This document shows positions 48,009-57,249 of a DNA stretch of 64,000 bases, in pieces. The notes under the pieces were generated by a model that made no database searches, was not told where the DNA came from, and saw nothing but the letters and a program-made list of their open reading frames with translations. This DNA comes from a virus: the IMG/VR virus record IMGVR_UViG_3300032087_002755; one strand, written 5' to 3'. Every line of letters begins with the position of its first letter. The first letter of the stretch is position 1. Both the position numbers and the translations under genes were made by a program.

Positions 48009-49493
48009 ATGGAAGAGAACAAAACATCATTTGCAAGCGAACAGGTTCCAGCACGTGAACCCACTGAACTTGAAAAGGTTCAACAACGTATCGCCAATTA
48101 TCAGATAGGTATCAAACCTCAATCTGCACAGGCCGTAAACACTTTATTAGAGTTACACTTAAAGAGTGGTCTAATTAAATTAGAAGAACTTGAAGCAGTT
48201 GTTTCAGTAAGAGACGAAGTTCAAAAAGGACTTACTCAATATAATCTATCAGTTGAAACTGCACAAAGACAACTTGCAGAATTAGTAGAAGCAGATAGAG
48301 TTGCAAAGGAAACTGCAATTGCAGCGGAGAAAGCAGAACTCGTAGAGAAAGTTAGAGACCAACGTAAACAAAGAAAAGACGCAGAACTTAAAGTTGCACA
48401 ACTAGAAGCAATACTTGCGTCACACGGTGTTAACGTGGACTTAAACAATGACGGAGTTATTGGTGTCAAAGCAGGTGATTTAAATGCAGACGGATTTGTA
48501 GAACTTACTAAAGAAGAAGCTGCAACACTCGCTGCAGAACATGGAGTCACAATACCTCAGACTACTATTCAGAAAGGAACGATAGACGAAACACCTAAGA
48601 CGACTTCTAAAGCATTTGCAATGGCAAGACTTCTTAATCCCGAAGACGAGTCTATAACTGAAGACCCAGCACTTGCAGAAAAGATTGAAGAAACAAAAAC
48701 AGCAGTTTCAGAGTGGGAAGACCAACAAGAAACTGAAGTCCCCGAAGAAGAAATGGTATTCGGAAATGAGTCTACAGAAGAAGACGGATTTGATTTACCA
48801 GTAGAAGAAGAATCTATTACAATCGAATTACCAGTTCCCGAAGATGCAAAAGGTATTGAAGCATTCTTAGAAGAAGTAGAAACAGTTAAACAAGAAGCAG
48901 AGATAGACGACATTGACGAAGAACAATTCAATCAATCATTCGAAGAAGAACCACATACAGAAGTTTCTAGAAGGGAGAGAGTATTACTTGACCCATTAGA
49001 AGCAAGTCAAAGAAGTGACGAACTAAAAATTGCAGAAGAGGATACTAAGACAGAACCTACTTATGCTAAACCAAGTGCAGTTCCTATTACCTCAACCAAC
49101 ATGCCTAGACAGACATTGAAAAGTGGTGATAGTATAGAAGCAGAAGTTAAAGAACAGAAGATTAACACTTATGATTCCGAAGAGGAAATGTTAGAAGCTG
49201 TTCAACAAAAGATTGACACTGCAAAAGAACAAGAAGAAGAAGAGTTTGACGAAATAACTATTCCGAGTGCAGACGAACTCAAAGGAATGACTAAAGCAAA
49301 AATCAAAGAAGTTGCAGAAGGTTTAAACTTCGAAGTGTCAACGTCTGATACTAAAGATACAATGATTGAAAGTATTGCAACTCAAACAGAAAGTCTAATC
49401 GAGTCTTTACAAGAAACTGATGAATTTGTCAGTGCAACTGAAACAGTGAAAGGAGAAGATGATGATGATAGACGAGATGGTGGCTACTTCTAG
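48009..49493 (+). CDS. acidic coiled-coil protein with DxNxDG loops and C-terminal HeH-like module
   Basis: DLNNDGVI and DLNADGFVE; ELKGMTKAKIKEVA...TKDTMIESI. Confidence 0.75.
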   Translation: MEENKTSFASEQVPAREPTELEKVQQRIANYQIGIKPQSAQAVNTLLELHLKSGLIKLEELEAVVSVRDEVQKGLTQYNLSVETAQRQLAELVEADRVAKETAIAAEKAELVEKVRDQRKQRKDAELKVAQLEAILASHGVNVDLNNDGVIGVKAGDLNADGFVELTKEEAATLAAEHGVTIPQTTIQKGTIDETPKTTSKAFAMARLLNPEDESITEDPALAEKIEETKTAVSEWEDQQETEVPEEEMVFGNESTEEDGFDLPVEEESITIELPVPEDAKGIEAFLEEVETVKQEAEIDDIDEEQFNQSFEEEPHTEVSRRERVLLDPLEASQRSDELKIAEEDTKTEPTYAKPSAVPITSTNMPRQTLKSGDSIEAEVKEQKINTYDSEEEMLEAVQQKIDTAKEQEEEEFDEITIPSADELKGMTKAKIKEVAEGLNFEVSTSDTKDTMIESIATQTESLIESLQETDEFVSATETVKGEDDDDRRDGGYF

Positions 49494-49878
49494 AGATTCA
49501 GAAGTTAAACCTATCCACCCAGTTAGTCCTAGATATCAACAAGAATTAAATTATGAGGGAGTTCGTTTAGAAGTCCCTTATGATTATGCAATGAAGAGTG
49601 GACTACTCTTCTCACCTCATGCACGTGTGTATGAAGAAGACGGTTCATATCTTATCTCATGTCTACCCCTAGACAAAGAAACCAAACCATTCGTAACACC
49701 TACATATTACTATAAGGTAAACGGGTGTCCAGTAAGTGAAGAACTCAACGACTTAACGTGTTCTGTATTCATTGCAATCCCCGAACCAATATTTAATGTA
49801 GGAGATAAAATTCGTTATGAATACCAAAGTGAAAAAGATACAGGAACAGAAAGACACATCAAGTGTAGTCTCAGTTAA
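49477..49878 (+). CDS. hypothetical protein (start uncertain)
   Basis: ORF track; overlaps previous gene. Confidence 0.6.
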   Translation: MVATSRDSEVKPIHPVSPRYQQELNYEGVRLEVPYDYAMKSGLLFSPHARVYEEDGSYLISCLPLDKETKPFVTPTYYYKVNGCPVSEELNDLTCSVFIAIPEPIFNVGDKIRYEYQSEKDTGTERHIKCSLS

Positions 49879-49881
49879 ACC

Positions 49882-50811
49882 ATGGAACAAAGAAATATCC
49901 CAATTACAGCTGTTGACCAATTCGATTTTCTTGAACATAGGAAAAAACAGGAAGAACTTCATTGGAACTCAGTCCAAGGTAAGTCACCTTTAGATTCTAT
50001 TCTCACTGTAGAGATAAACACAACAGAACTCTGTAATAGAACGTGTGTGTTTTGTCCACGACACGACCCTAAAGTTTTCCCTAACAGAAACCTACACTTA
50101 ACCATTAAAGGTGCAACAACGATTGCTGAGGAACTTGCAGAGAACCAATTCAGAGGTAAGATATCTTTTAGTGGGTTTGGTGAGAACTTACTTAACCCCG
50201 ACTTCATAGAAATCGTAAAGGTGTTTAGATGCAACTTACCTTATGCAACACTAGAGTGTAATACTAACGGAGATAAGTTAGACATAGATTACATTAACGG
50301 ATTGTATAAGAGTGGATTAGATTTACTCTACATTAATCTGTATGACGGGATAGAACAAATGGAACACTTCGACACTATGATGGCTAATGCAAGAGTGCAT
50401 GAAGACCAATATAGATTCAGAATGCATTGGGGTGACTTTGAGAAACACGGATTGATACTAAACAACCGTAGTGGTGTAGTTGACTGGGTTGGTGTTGAAG
50501 ACGACACTATCGAAAACCTAAAAGGTAAACCATGTCATTACCCCTTCTATAAAATGTTTGTTGATTGGAACGGAGACGTATTGTTCTGTTCTAACGATTG
50601 GGGAAGAGAACATGTCGTAGGTAATCTATTGACTATGTCTTTACATGATGTATGGTTCTCTAAACCTATGACAAAGATTCGTAAGAGATTAATGAAAGGA
50701 GATAGAAGTCAATCTCCTTGTAATAAATGTAGTGTAGACGGTTCACTATTTGGAAAACCGTCATTTGATATAGTTAAGGAATATTATGAGAGTAGCAATA
50801 ACAGGAAGTAG
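49882..50811 (+). CDS. radical SAM protein with SPASM/Twitch-type C-terminal domain
   Basis: CNRTCVFC, SGFGE, NTNG, CHYPF...VDWNGDVLFCSND, VGNL, PCNKC. Confidence 0.92.
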   Translation: MEQRNIPITAVDQFDFLEHRKKQEELHWNSVQGKSPLDSILTVEINTTELCNRTCVFCPRHDPKVFPNRNLHLTIKGATTIAEELAENQFRGKISFSGFGENLLNPDFIEIVKVFRCNLPYATLECNTNGDKLDIDYINGLYKSGLDLLYINLYDGIEQMEHFDTMMANARVHEDQYRFRMHWGDFEKHGLILNNRSGVVDWVGVEDDTIENLKGKPCHYPFYKMFVDWNGDVLFCSNDWGREHVVGNLLTMSLHDVWFSKPMTKIRKRLMKGDRSQSPCNKCSVDGSLFGKPSFDIVKEYYESSNNRK

Positions 50812-51382
50812 TGGTCTAGCAAAAATAATTGCAGACACACTTGAAGCAACACCCTTCAGAGGGAACACAATTAAGGTAGACTCAATTCGTTGTGAAGACA
50901 TTACGTCTAACGGAACCAACTGTTGGGTATTCAGTGGATATCAACCTGCTGACGTTTTAATCAATCTTGCACATCAAGACCAATCAAAGATTCTATCTAT
51001 TGCACATGAAGCTTGGGAAGGTGAGAAGACAAAGTTCATTATCAATATCTCCAGTCGTGCAAGTCAACCAAACATATCAAAAGGTTATGTGTATGCAAGT
51101 GAGAAAGCACAACTCAATCACCTTGCAAACAATTATCATTACAACTCTTCGAAGAGATACAAAATGACAACCATTAACTTAGGACTTCTCAATGACGAAA
51201 GTCTACCAAGTGTTAAACACCAAGACGTTGCTGGACTTATCTATAAACTGATTACGTCTTATCCCGATTACGAAGTTGCAGACATAACACTTCAAGCACA
51301 TGCAAACTACCAAAGTGTTCAGAGTGATAAAGAAACACTTAGAGACATGGAAAGGTTTACAATGTCTGATATAATTTCCTAA
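50786..51382 (+). CDS. short-chain dehydrogenase/reductase-like protein
   Basis: AITGSSGLA, LINLA, INISS, YASEK (YxxxK). Confidence 0.8.
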   Translation: MRVAITGSSGLAKIIADTLEATPFRGNTIKVDSIRCEDITSNGTNCWVFSGYQPADVLINLAHQDQSKILSIAHEAWEGEKTKFIINISSRASQPNISKGYVYASEKAQLNHLANNYHYNSSKRYKMTTINLGLLNDESLPSVKHQDVAGLIYKLITSYPDYEVADITLQAHANYQSVQSDKETLRDMERFTMSDIIS

Positions 51383-51390
51383 ATAATACT

Positions 51391-51639
51391 ATGAGTATAG
51401 AATACAACGATTTTGGTTTTACTGCAATGGACGCTGAGGAACTTGCCTCAGTAGATACAAAGATTGTAGAAAAGACCACAACTGCAACTGAAGTTATTAA
51501 TAGACTTGATAACTTTATTAGACCACTCCTTGAGAATCTTGCAAAGGATTCAGACAAGGAATACATCTACTGGCCTAACAGGATTGATATTATCAACAAG
51601 AAGATTGCAGAATTAGATGAAATACAAAAAACCCTCTAG
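51391..51639 (+). CDS. conserved phage protein
   Basis: DFGFTAMD...PLLENL...YIYWPNR; CCTAAATA 5 nt upstream. Confidence 0.75.
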   Translation: MSIEYNDFGFTAMDAEELASVDTKIVEKTTTATEVINRLDNFIRPLLENLAKDSDKEYIYWPNRIDIINKKIAELDEIQKTL

Positions 51640-51763
51640 ACATATCTTAGAGGTTAGTATATAATATATACTAGAGGTTAGAAAAAAAATCTAATCAAAT
51701 TAATCAATTTGATTTTCCCTTTCAATTGCAAAGGAATCTTCGAATTATAAACAAGGAGGCATT

Positions 51764-53107
51764 ATGCCAAACAAAAATACAGAGCAAATATCAGAGCTCT
51801 TTCTATCTGATAAAACCACCAAAGAAGAAATTCAAGCATGTATAGATGAAGATATGTTCTCATATGAGAGATATCCATCTGCAAAATTGAACCAAGACTT
51901 TGGTATCTTAAACGTCCCATGTAGAAATATCTATTATGATATTGACCCTATAACTGGAGAAATTATTCAAAAGTATAGAGCTGGGATTCCTTTGTTCATG
52001 GACTACATTGAACTCAAACTACCAAAACTATATGAAAATGGTTTTGACTTTACTAAACCAATCGGTTATCTAAAAGTCACTCATAAAGTGTTAGATAAAG
52101 ATGGTAATTTAGATGTAGAGAAATCTAAATTTGAACCTATATCTGCAACACATAGAAGTAAGTATTATCAAAACATTGATTTATCTTACATGGCATTTAG
52201 AGTAGTTGATGCAGACTACAGAGCATGTGGTATCATAGGACTAAAATCTAATATAGATGCACCTAAAGCAATACTTGGTAAACCAGTTGATGTAGTCAAC
52301 TACGTTATGACAGGACAAAAGAAAGGTGAATATAAAATACCAAAATCAAAAGAAGAAGAAGTAGTGAAACAAATTATTGAAGAAATAATGGGTCAGTGTG
52401 CAACTTCGACTAAAAAAATGGTAGTCAAATTGATATTAGAAAGTCTAGGAGTTCAATCAAGAATTAGAAGTTTAACTGCTGGAACAATTAAGTCCTTACA
52501 TAAAGAATACAAAAACACTTGGTCAAAGTATGGACTTGGAATGAAATACAGTGATTATACTAAATCTTTCGGAACTACCTTCACTAAAGGTTATGCAGAT
52601 AATAGTTTCTATGATGCAATCAAAAGATACATTGAAACCTATGATGATTTTGGTGGAATAGGAACTACTGCAAATGTCTATGTTGTCGATTCTGCAATGA
52701 ACGTAGAAAACCCATGGTTATCACGTGCAAGAATTGTAGACGAATATAATGAAACAAGAGATTTCTTTAATAAACTCTTGAACTTTGCAAGAGATAATCC
52801 CGATTTGAAAATCGAAGAAGTTTTTAAATTAGGAGTTGCATATCCTCAAATAAATGACCATTCAGATTTTGATAGAGAATTACCTAACGAGGAAATTCCT
52901 CTTAATCATAAAGAACTGAAAAAGGCTCTAAAGAAGGTTGTGAAGGAAAGACAAAAACTAACTCAAAAGAGAGTTAGTGGTATTGCAAAGGGTTTATCAA
53001 AGTGTGGTGTTCAACAACAGCAACAAGTTAATGAAACACTTAGTGAAGTTCTTTCAATTTCCTTTGAAGATGTGAAGTTCAATAATCTACCTCATCAATT
53101 AGATTAA
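51764..53107 (+). CDS. hypothetical protein (447 aa)
   Basis: SD AGGAGG; flanked by promoter-like and terminator sequences. Confidence 0.75.
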   Translation: MPNKNTEQISELFLSDKTTKEEIQACIDEDMFSYERYPSAKLNQDFGILNVPCRNIYYDIDPITGEIIQKYRAGIPLFMDYIELKLPKLYENGFDFTKPIGYLKVTHKVLDKDGNLDVEKSKFEPISATHRSKYYQNIDLSYMAFRVVDADYRACGIIGLKSNIDAPKAILGKPVDVVNYVMTGQKKGEYKIPKSKEEEVVKQIIEEIMGQCATSTKKMVVKLILESLGVQSRIRSLTAGTIKSLHKEYKNTWSKYGLGMKYSDYTKSFGTTFTKGYADNSFYDAIKRYIETYDDFGGIGTTANVYVVDSAMNVENPWLSRARIVDEYNETRDFFNKLLNFARDNPDLKIEEVFKLGVAYPQINDHSDFDRELPNEEIPLNHKELKKALKKVVKERQKLTQKRVSGIAKGLSKCGVQQQQQVNETLSEVLSISFEDVKFNNLPHQLD

Positions 53108-53117
53108 TCCATAAAAG

Positions 53118-53156
53118 AAAAAGGGGTTGACTATGACCCCTTTTTTTTAGTATACT
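53118..53156 (+). promoter_or_regulatory. overlapping terminator and early promoter
   Basis: AAAAAGGGGTT-GACTAT-GACCCCTTTTTTTT contains TTGACT(53127)-N18-TATACT(53151). Confidence 0.75.
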
Positions 53157-53184
53157 AGTAGAGTAATAAATTAAGGAGAATACA

Positions 53185-53334
53185 ATGGAAATTACAAAAG
53201 AAGATTTACAGAGTTTTGCACATGACGCTGCTATAGAAGAACAAGAAGCAAAAGAACGTGCAGAGAAAAACGAGTGTGTATGTGGAACGGTGAACTGTTC
53301 TACTGAATATGCATGTCATACAAGTGGGTTTTAA
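53185..53334 (+). CDS. small Cys-rich peptide (49 aa)
   Basis: SD AAGGAG; ends NECVCGTVNCSTEYACHTSGF. Confidence 0.65.
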   Translation: MEITKEDLQSFAHDAAIEEQEAKERAEKNECVCGTVNCSTEYACHTSGF

Positions 53335-53335
53335 T

Positions 53336-53602
53336 ATGAATTCAATATATGACAAATACGAAGATAAGATAGTTCGTATGGGTAGGAATCTAATTACCCT
53401 TGCAGAGACCAATCAGTTGTTTCCCGATAACGATGAGTTATGGAATGCAGCCGTTACTGCTGGTAATAAACTGGTAACAGTTGGAATGACTTACACTCGG
53501 TTTAACGACTTCTCAGATTTAACAGATAAGGAAACAGAAGCAGTTTACACTTACTTAGATGAGTATGGTATTGAACACCCTTCTGTTCCTATGGATTTTT
53601 AA
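53336..53602 (+). CDS. hypothetical early protein
   Basis: ORF track, start re-set to MNSIYD. Confidence 0.65.
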   Translation: MNSIYDKYEDKIVRMGRNLITLAETNQLFPDNDELWNAAVTAGNKLVTVGMTYTRFNDFSDLTDKETEAVYTYLDEYGIEHPSVPMDF

Positions 53603-53620
53603 TAGGGGGTTAATTACCTC

Positions 53621-53704
53621 GGGTATGGGACAGGGAATCGAATCATCACCAAGTCCACAAGCATATATTATGACATGCGTGAAAACTGAATTCCCATCCC
53701 ACCA
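53621..53704 (+). ncRNA. candidate small RNA with acceptor-like stem and 3' ACCA
   Basis: GGG(T)ATGGGA...TCCCATCCC-ACCA in an intergenic gap. Confidence 0.35.
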
Positions 53705-53815
53705 AATTTTACAGGAGATTATATGAGAGATGACAGAATGATGTGGTTTGGGTTTTTTGGACTCATACTTACATGTGCGTATATTATATTATTTTTAAAT
53801 TAATTGATAAAAAGC

Positions 53816-53845
53816 TTGACAATGGGTCTCACTTTTTAGTATACT
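53816..53845 (+). promoter_or_regulatory. early promoter
   Basis: TTGACA-ATGGGTCTCACTTTTTAG-TATACT. Confidence 0.8.
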
Positions 53846-53873
53846 AATAGAGTAGAAGATTAAAGGAGAAAAT

Positions 53874-54245
53874 ATGAAATTATCACAATTAGTAAACGAA
53901 GTTAACACTGAACAAGAGTTGTTGCAATTATGTGACAAACTATGTGCAGATTTACTTGCTGAACACTTAAAACAATATCCAACACTTACAGAGTATAATT
54001 ACTTCTATGAAGTAAATCGTAAGTATATCAAAGTCATAACAGACAGTGGAAACCAACATTCTGTTTGGGGTTTCATTAATAGAAAAGAATGGACTAAAGG
54101 AAATGCTGGAATCACTTTCAAAGAAGGTGATGTTTTAATGTCTGCTGGTTGGAGTAAACCAGCGTTGAATGCACCAAGGGGAAACCTTTTTGACGGATAC
54201 CAAATTGGTGGTATGAGAAAATACGGCCCCGACTATTTAAGATAA
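53874..54245 (+). CDS. conserved phage early protein
   Basis: RKYIKV...SVWGF...GDVLMSAGWSKPA..APRGN. Confidence 0.8.
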   Translation: MKLSQLVNEVNTEQELLQLCDKLCADLLAEHLKQYPTLTEYNYFYEVNRKYIKVITDSGNQHSVWGFINRKEWTKGNAGITFKEGDVLMSAGWSKPALNAPRGNLFDGYQIGGMRKYGPDYLR

Positions 54246-54255
54246 GGAGTAAAAT

Positions 54256-54510
54256 ATGTTAAATGCTAAATTAATAAAAGAACTGAAATCCCTCGATTCT
54301 CTTGCAGACTTAAATGCTGTAAGTTCTTTGGTGGGTGAACTTAAAACCCTACTTGGTAAAAATACCATAGTTGCTGGTTCTAAAGTTTACGTGGTACAGA
54401 AAACCAAGAAAACACTTGGTACTGTTGTTAAAGTTAAAATCAAAAGAGCGACTGTTGACCTTCCTAATGGAAGATACTCGGTTCCTCTTGGAATGTTGGA
54501 GGCAGCGTAA
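54256..54510 (+). CDS. hypothetical protein, SH3-like C-terminus
   Basis: SD AAGGAG; GTVVKVKIKRATV. Confidence 0.7.
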   Translation: MLNAKLIKELKSLDSLADLNAVSSLVGELKTLLGKNTIVAGSKVYVVQKTKKTLGTVVKVKIKRATVDLPNGRYSVPLGMLEAA

Positions 54511-54866
54511 TGTCGAATATAATTGAATACGAAGTGTCTGAAAGTGGGAAGAGTGGTTCTTCCCTCCAAGGATACGTTACTACGACCTATGATAAACTCA
54601 TAGGTCTCTTAGGTAAACCTACTTACATGGACGCAGACCCATATGCAAAAGTTAATTGTGAATGGTGTTTGACTATTAAAGTCCAAGACGAAGATGACCC
54701 CGAAGATTGGGATTATGAATTTGCTTCCATTTATAATTGGAAGGACGGAAGAGTTCCTTTAGAGACATACAGTTGGCATGTCGGTGGTTTCAAATATGAT
54801 ATCGAAGACCTAGTTGCAAAAATATTAGATGGAGATATCGAACCAGTATATTCTGAGGTTGCATAA
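54510..54866 (+). CDS. hypothetical protein
   Basis: SLQGYV..TYDKL...KVNCEW...IYNWK...WHVGG. Confidence 0.75.
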   Translation: MSNIIEYEVSESGKSGSSLQGYVTTTYDKLIGLLGKPTYMDADPYAKVNCEWCLTIKVQDEDDPEDWDYEFASIYNWKDGRVPLETYSWHVGGFKYDIEDLVAKILDGDIEPVYSEVA

Positions 54867-55438
54867 TGAAAGACATGTTGCATAGTAAATACGGAAAAGC
54901 AATTGACGAGGAAGTCAAGTATACAGGTTCAGTAATGTTTAAATCATTTCTAGCAGGAATGGGATTTGGTGCCTTACTAATGTTTATTTTAATGATACCA
55001 AGTAAGGTAGAAGCTTCTGATGCTAACAATGAGATTTTCTGTTTAGCACAAAACATTTATTTTGAAGCTGGTAATCAACCACTCGCAGGTAAGATTGCAG
55101 TGACACAAGTAGTGTTGAATAGAATGCAACACCCTAACTACCCAACAACTGCTTGTGGTGTAGTGTATCAAGCAAAGTGGAGAACAAACTGGAAAGGAGT
55201 AGAAGTTCCTATCAGACACCAGTGTCAGTTCAGTTGGTTTTGTGACGGTAAATCAGACGACCCATTGGATAGTCCAACGTGGTTGTCTTCACTTAACATT
55301 GCAAGGAACGTAGTGCAAGGTGCATACGGTGATATCACTGAAGGTGCAACACACTACCATAGTGTATATGTTAATCCATATTGGTCAGACTCATTGAATG
55401 AGACTGTAGTTATTAACGAACACATTTTTTACAAATAA
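54866..55438 (+). CDS. cell wall hydrolase (SleB/Hydrolase_2)
   Basis: CLAQNIYFEA, VVLNR, CQFSW.CDG, GATHYH, HIFY. Confidence 0.92.
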   Translation: MKDMLHSKYGKAIDEEVKYTGSVMFKSFLAGMGFGALLMFILMIPSKVEASDANNEIFCLAQNIYFEAGNQPLAGKIAVTQVVLNRMQHPNYPTTACGVVYQAKWRTNWKGVEVPIRHQCQFSWFCDGKSDDPLDSPTWLSSLNIARNVVQGAYGDITEGATHYHSVYVNPYWSDSLNETVVINEHIFYK

Positions 55439-55439
55439 T

Positions 55440-55607
55440 ATGTTAGAGATTATAGGATTATTAACGTGTATCTATCTTGCATTTAAGATATTTCCATCAG
55501 TTATAAAGTTTACAGTTAAACTTGCAGTTGCAATTTTGTTATTCATATTTGCAATTATGGTTTATACATTTTTCTTCCCACCAATGATACAGATTTTAAT
55601 AGCATGA
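55440..55607 (+). CDS. small membrane protein (55 aa)
   Basis: Two TM helices filling the gap; ATGA-coupled to next gene. Confidence 0.55.
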   Translation: MLEIIGLLTCIYLAFKIFPSVIKFTVKLAVAILLFIFAIMVYTFFFPPMIQILIA

Positions 55608-55825
55608 CAAAACAAGAATTAGTAAAACTATTTGAGAAACTTCACAAAGAAGACAAAGACGGAAAGATTGAAGCTATTGTCCATGATGTCAATGGTGGTA
55701 TGTTTACAACAGATAGTATTAGATTAGATATGGACGGTGGTAGACTTATCATATGTCAAATCAATAGTCCATGTTATGAATCAAACAAAAAGAATTGGAA
55801 ACAAGAATTGGAGTTTATAAAATGA
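55604..55825 (+). CDS. hypothetical protein
   Basis: ORF track. Confidence 0.6.
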   Translation: MTKQELVKLFEKLHKEDKDGKIEAIVHDVNGGMFTTDSIRLDMDGGRLIICQINSPCYESNKKNWKQELEFIK

Positions 55826-55992
55826 ATAAAGAAACTGAGTCATGTGTAGTGTGCAAGTGTGATACTAAAATACCAGTTGACACTCATGTCGAGAAAAGAA
55901 ACTATTTTATTGACGGGGTAGGACAAACTTGTTCTACATGTTTTAGTAAATTATATCATATTGAGGAGAAAGAAGAATGTATGATAATGTAG
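55822..55992 (+). CDS. small zinc-finger protein
   Basis: SD GGAG; CVVC...GQTCSTC. Confidence 0.65.
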   Translation: MNKETESCVVCKCDTKIPVDTHVEKRNYFIDGVGQTCSTCFSKLYHIEEKEECMIM

Positions 55993-56246
55993 AAAGATTT
56001 AGAGAGTATCTTAAAGATACTCAGTATATTAACGGTGGAGTGCAACATGTGTATGCATTTCCAAACGGTTATGGTGCAAGTGTGGTTAAACACGATTTCT
56101 CATACGGTGGTAAAAACGGTTTATGGGAATTAGCGGTTCTCAATGGAGAAGAGTTGTGTTATACTAGTGGTATAACTGAAGATGTTATTGGACACCTTTC
56201 ATGGAAGAACGTGGAAGAAACCTTATCGGAGATTAAACAACTATGA
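55977..56246 (+). CDS. conserved phage protein
   Basis: FPNGYGASVV...SYGG..GLWELAVL...DVIGHL. Confidence 0.8.
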   Translation: MYDNVERFREYLKDTQYINGGVQHVYAFPNGYGASVVKHDFSYGGKNGLWELAVLNGEELCYTSGITEDVIGHLSWKNVEETLSEIKQL

Positions 56247-56776
56247 ATCTATTCTACTTACATGAAGACCCTTGGAGGTCTGCCGAATTACATTGTGATA
56301 AACACGTAGTCAAAATGATTATCGAGTATGCACAAATGTTATCCACTGCACATAGAATGTTAGACGGAACTCAATACACCGATTCTTCTAGTGGACGTAG
56401 AATCCAAAGGTGGGAACTAGATTACGACAGAGAACCTATCTTATATAAAGCCTCTCATATCAATCACCCTTCTACACGTTGGGTCAGAGAGAACTCTTGT
56501 CAGTATCGATATGCATATGATATGTTCACTGCACTATGTGACGAATACACTTATCGTTATGAGAAGGTACACTTAACTGATACTAAACTCAGAAAGATAC
56601 TAAGTCACTTGCCTGATAATATTAAAACAGGTGCATGGTCAGAACCACCTCAGTGTATGCCTGAAGATGTCAAAGTTGAAAATGACACTATATCTGCATA
56701 CCATAAATACTATGCAATCTATAAAAAAGAATTTGCAAAGTGGACTGATAGACCTGTTCCACAATTTATGTTATGA
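56243..56776 (+). CDS. pyrimidine-dimer DNA glycosylase (DenV-related) family protein
   Basis: MNLFYL...HCDKHVVKMIIEYAQMLSTAH, HINHP, EYTYRY, PPQCMP. Confidence 0.8.
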   Translation: MNLFYLHEDPWRSAELHCDKHVVKMIIEYAQMLSTAHRMLDGTQYTDSSSGRRIQRWELDYDREPILYKASHINHPSTRWVRENSCQYRYAYDMFTALCDEYTYRYEKVHLTDTKLRKILSHLPDNIKTGAWSEPPQCMPEDVKVENDTISAYHKYYAIYKKEFAKWTDRPVPQFML

Positions 56777-56946
56777 GAATAGTGTTACAAAATTATGGTG
56801 ATTGTGTTTTATACGCAGAGAGACCATTCGGATATAGAAGATTCATAGTAGAATGGCCTACACATACACAACTGTTTAGTAGTATATGGTATAGGGAAGA
56901 ACAAGTAAGACAAATCATTGAGGAGAAATTAAATGCCGACATATGA
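56773..56946 (+). CDS. small hypothetical protein (57 aa)
   Basis: ATGA coupling; fills gap. Confidence 0.5.
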   Translation: MRIVLQNYGDCVLYAERPFGYRRFIVEWPTHTQLFSSIWYREEQVRQIIEEKLNADI

Positions 56947-57241
56947 TTTTCTAAACACTGAAACTGGTGAATTGGTAGAATACCAAATGTCTTGGAGAGA
57001 CCTCGAAGATTTCAGATTAAACAACCCACACCTCAAACAACAAATATCTGCACCTAACCTTGTGGGTGGTACAGGTGACAGAGTTAAACCCGATAGTGGA
57101 TTCAATGAAGTAATGTCCAAGATTGCTTCTAACAATATCGACACACCATTAGGTGAAAGGTATCACCGAAAGTCTGCAAAAGAAGTAAAGACTAGAGATA
57201 CTATCCAAAAGCATATTGACATACAGTCAAGAAAGAAGTAA
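56933..57241 (+). CDS. FmdB-like regulatory protein
   Basis: MPTYDF.NT.TGE...NPHLKQ...GFNEVM. Confidence 0.7.
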   Translation: MPTYDFLNTETGELVEYQMSWRDLEDFRLNNPHLKQQISAPNLVGGTGDRVKPDSGFNEVMSKIASNNIDTPLGERYHRKSAKEVKTRDTIQKHIDIQSRKK

Positions 57242-57249
57242 AATAAGAT

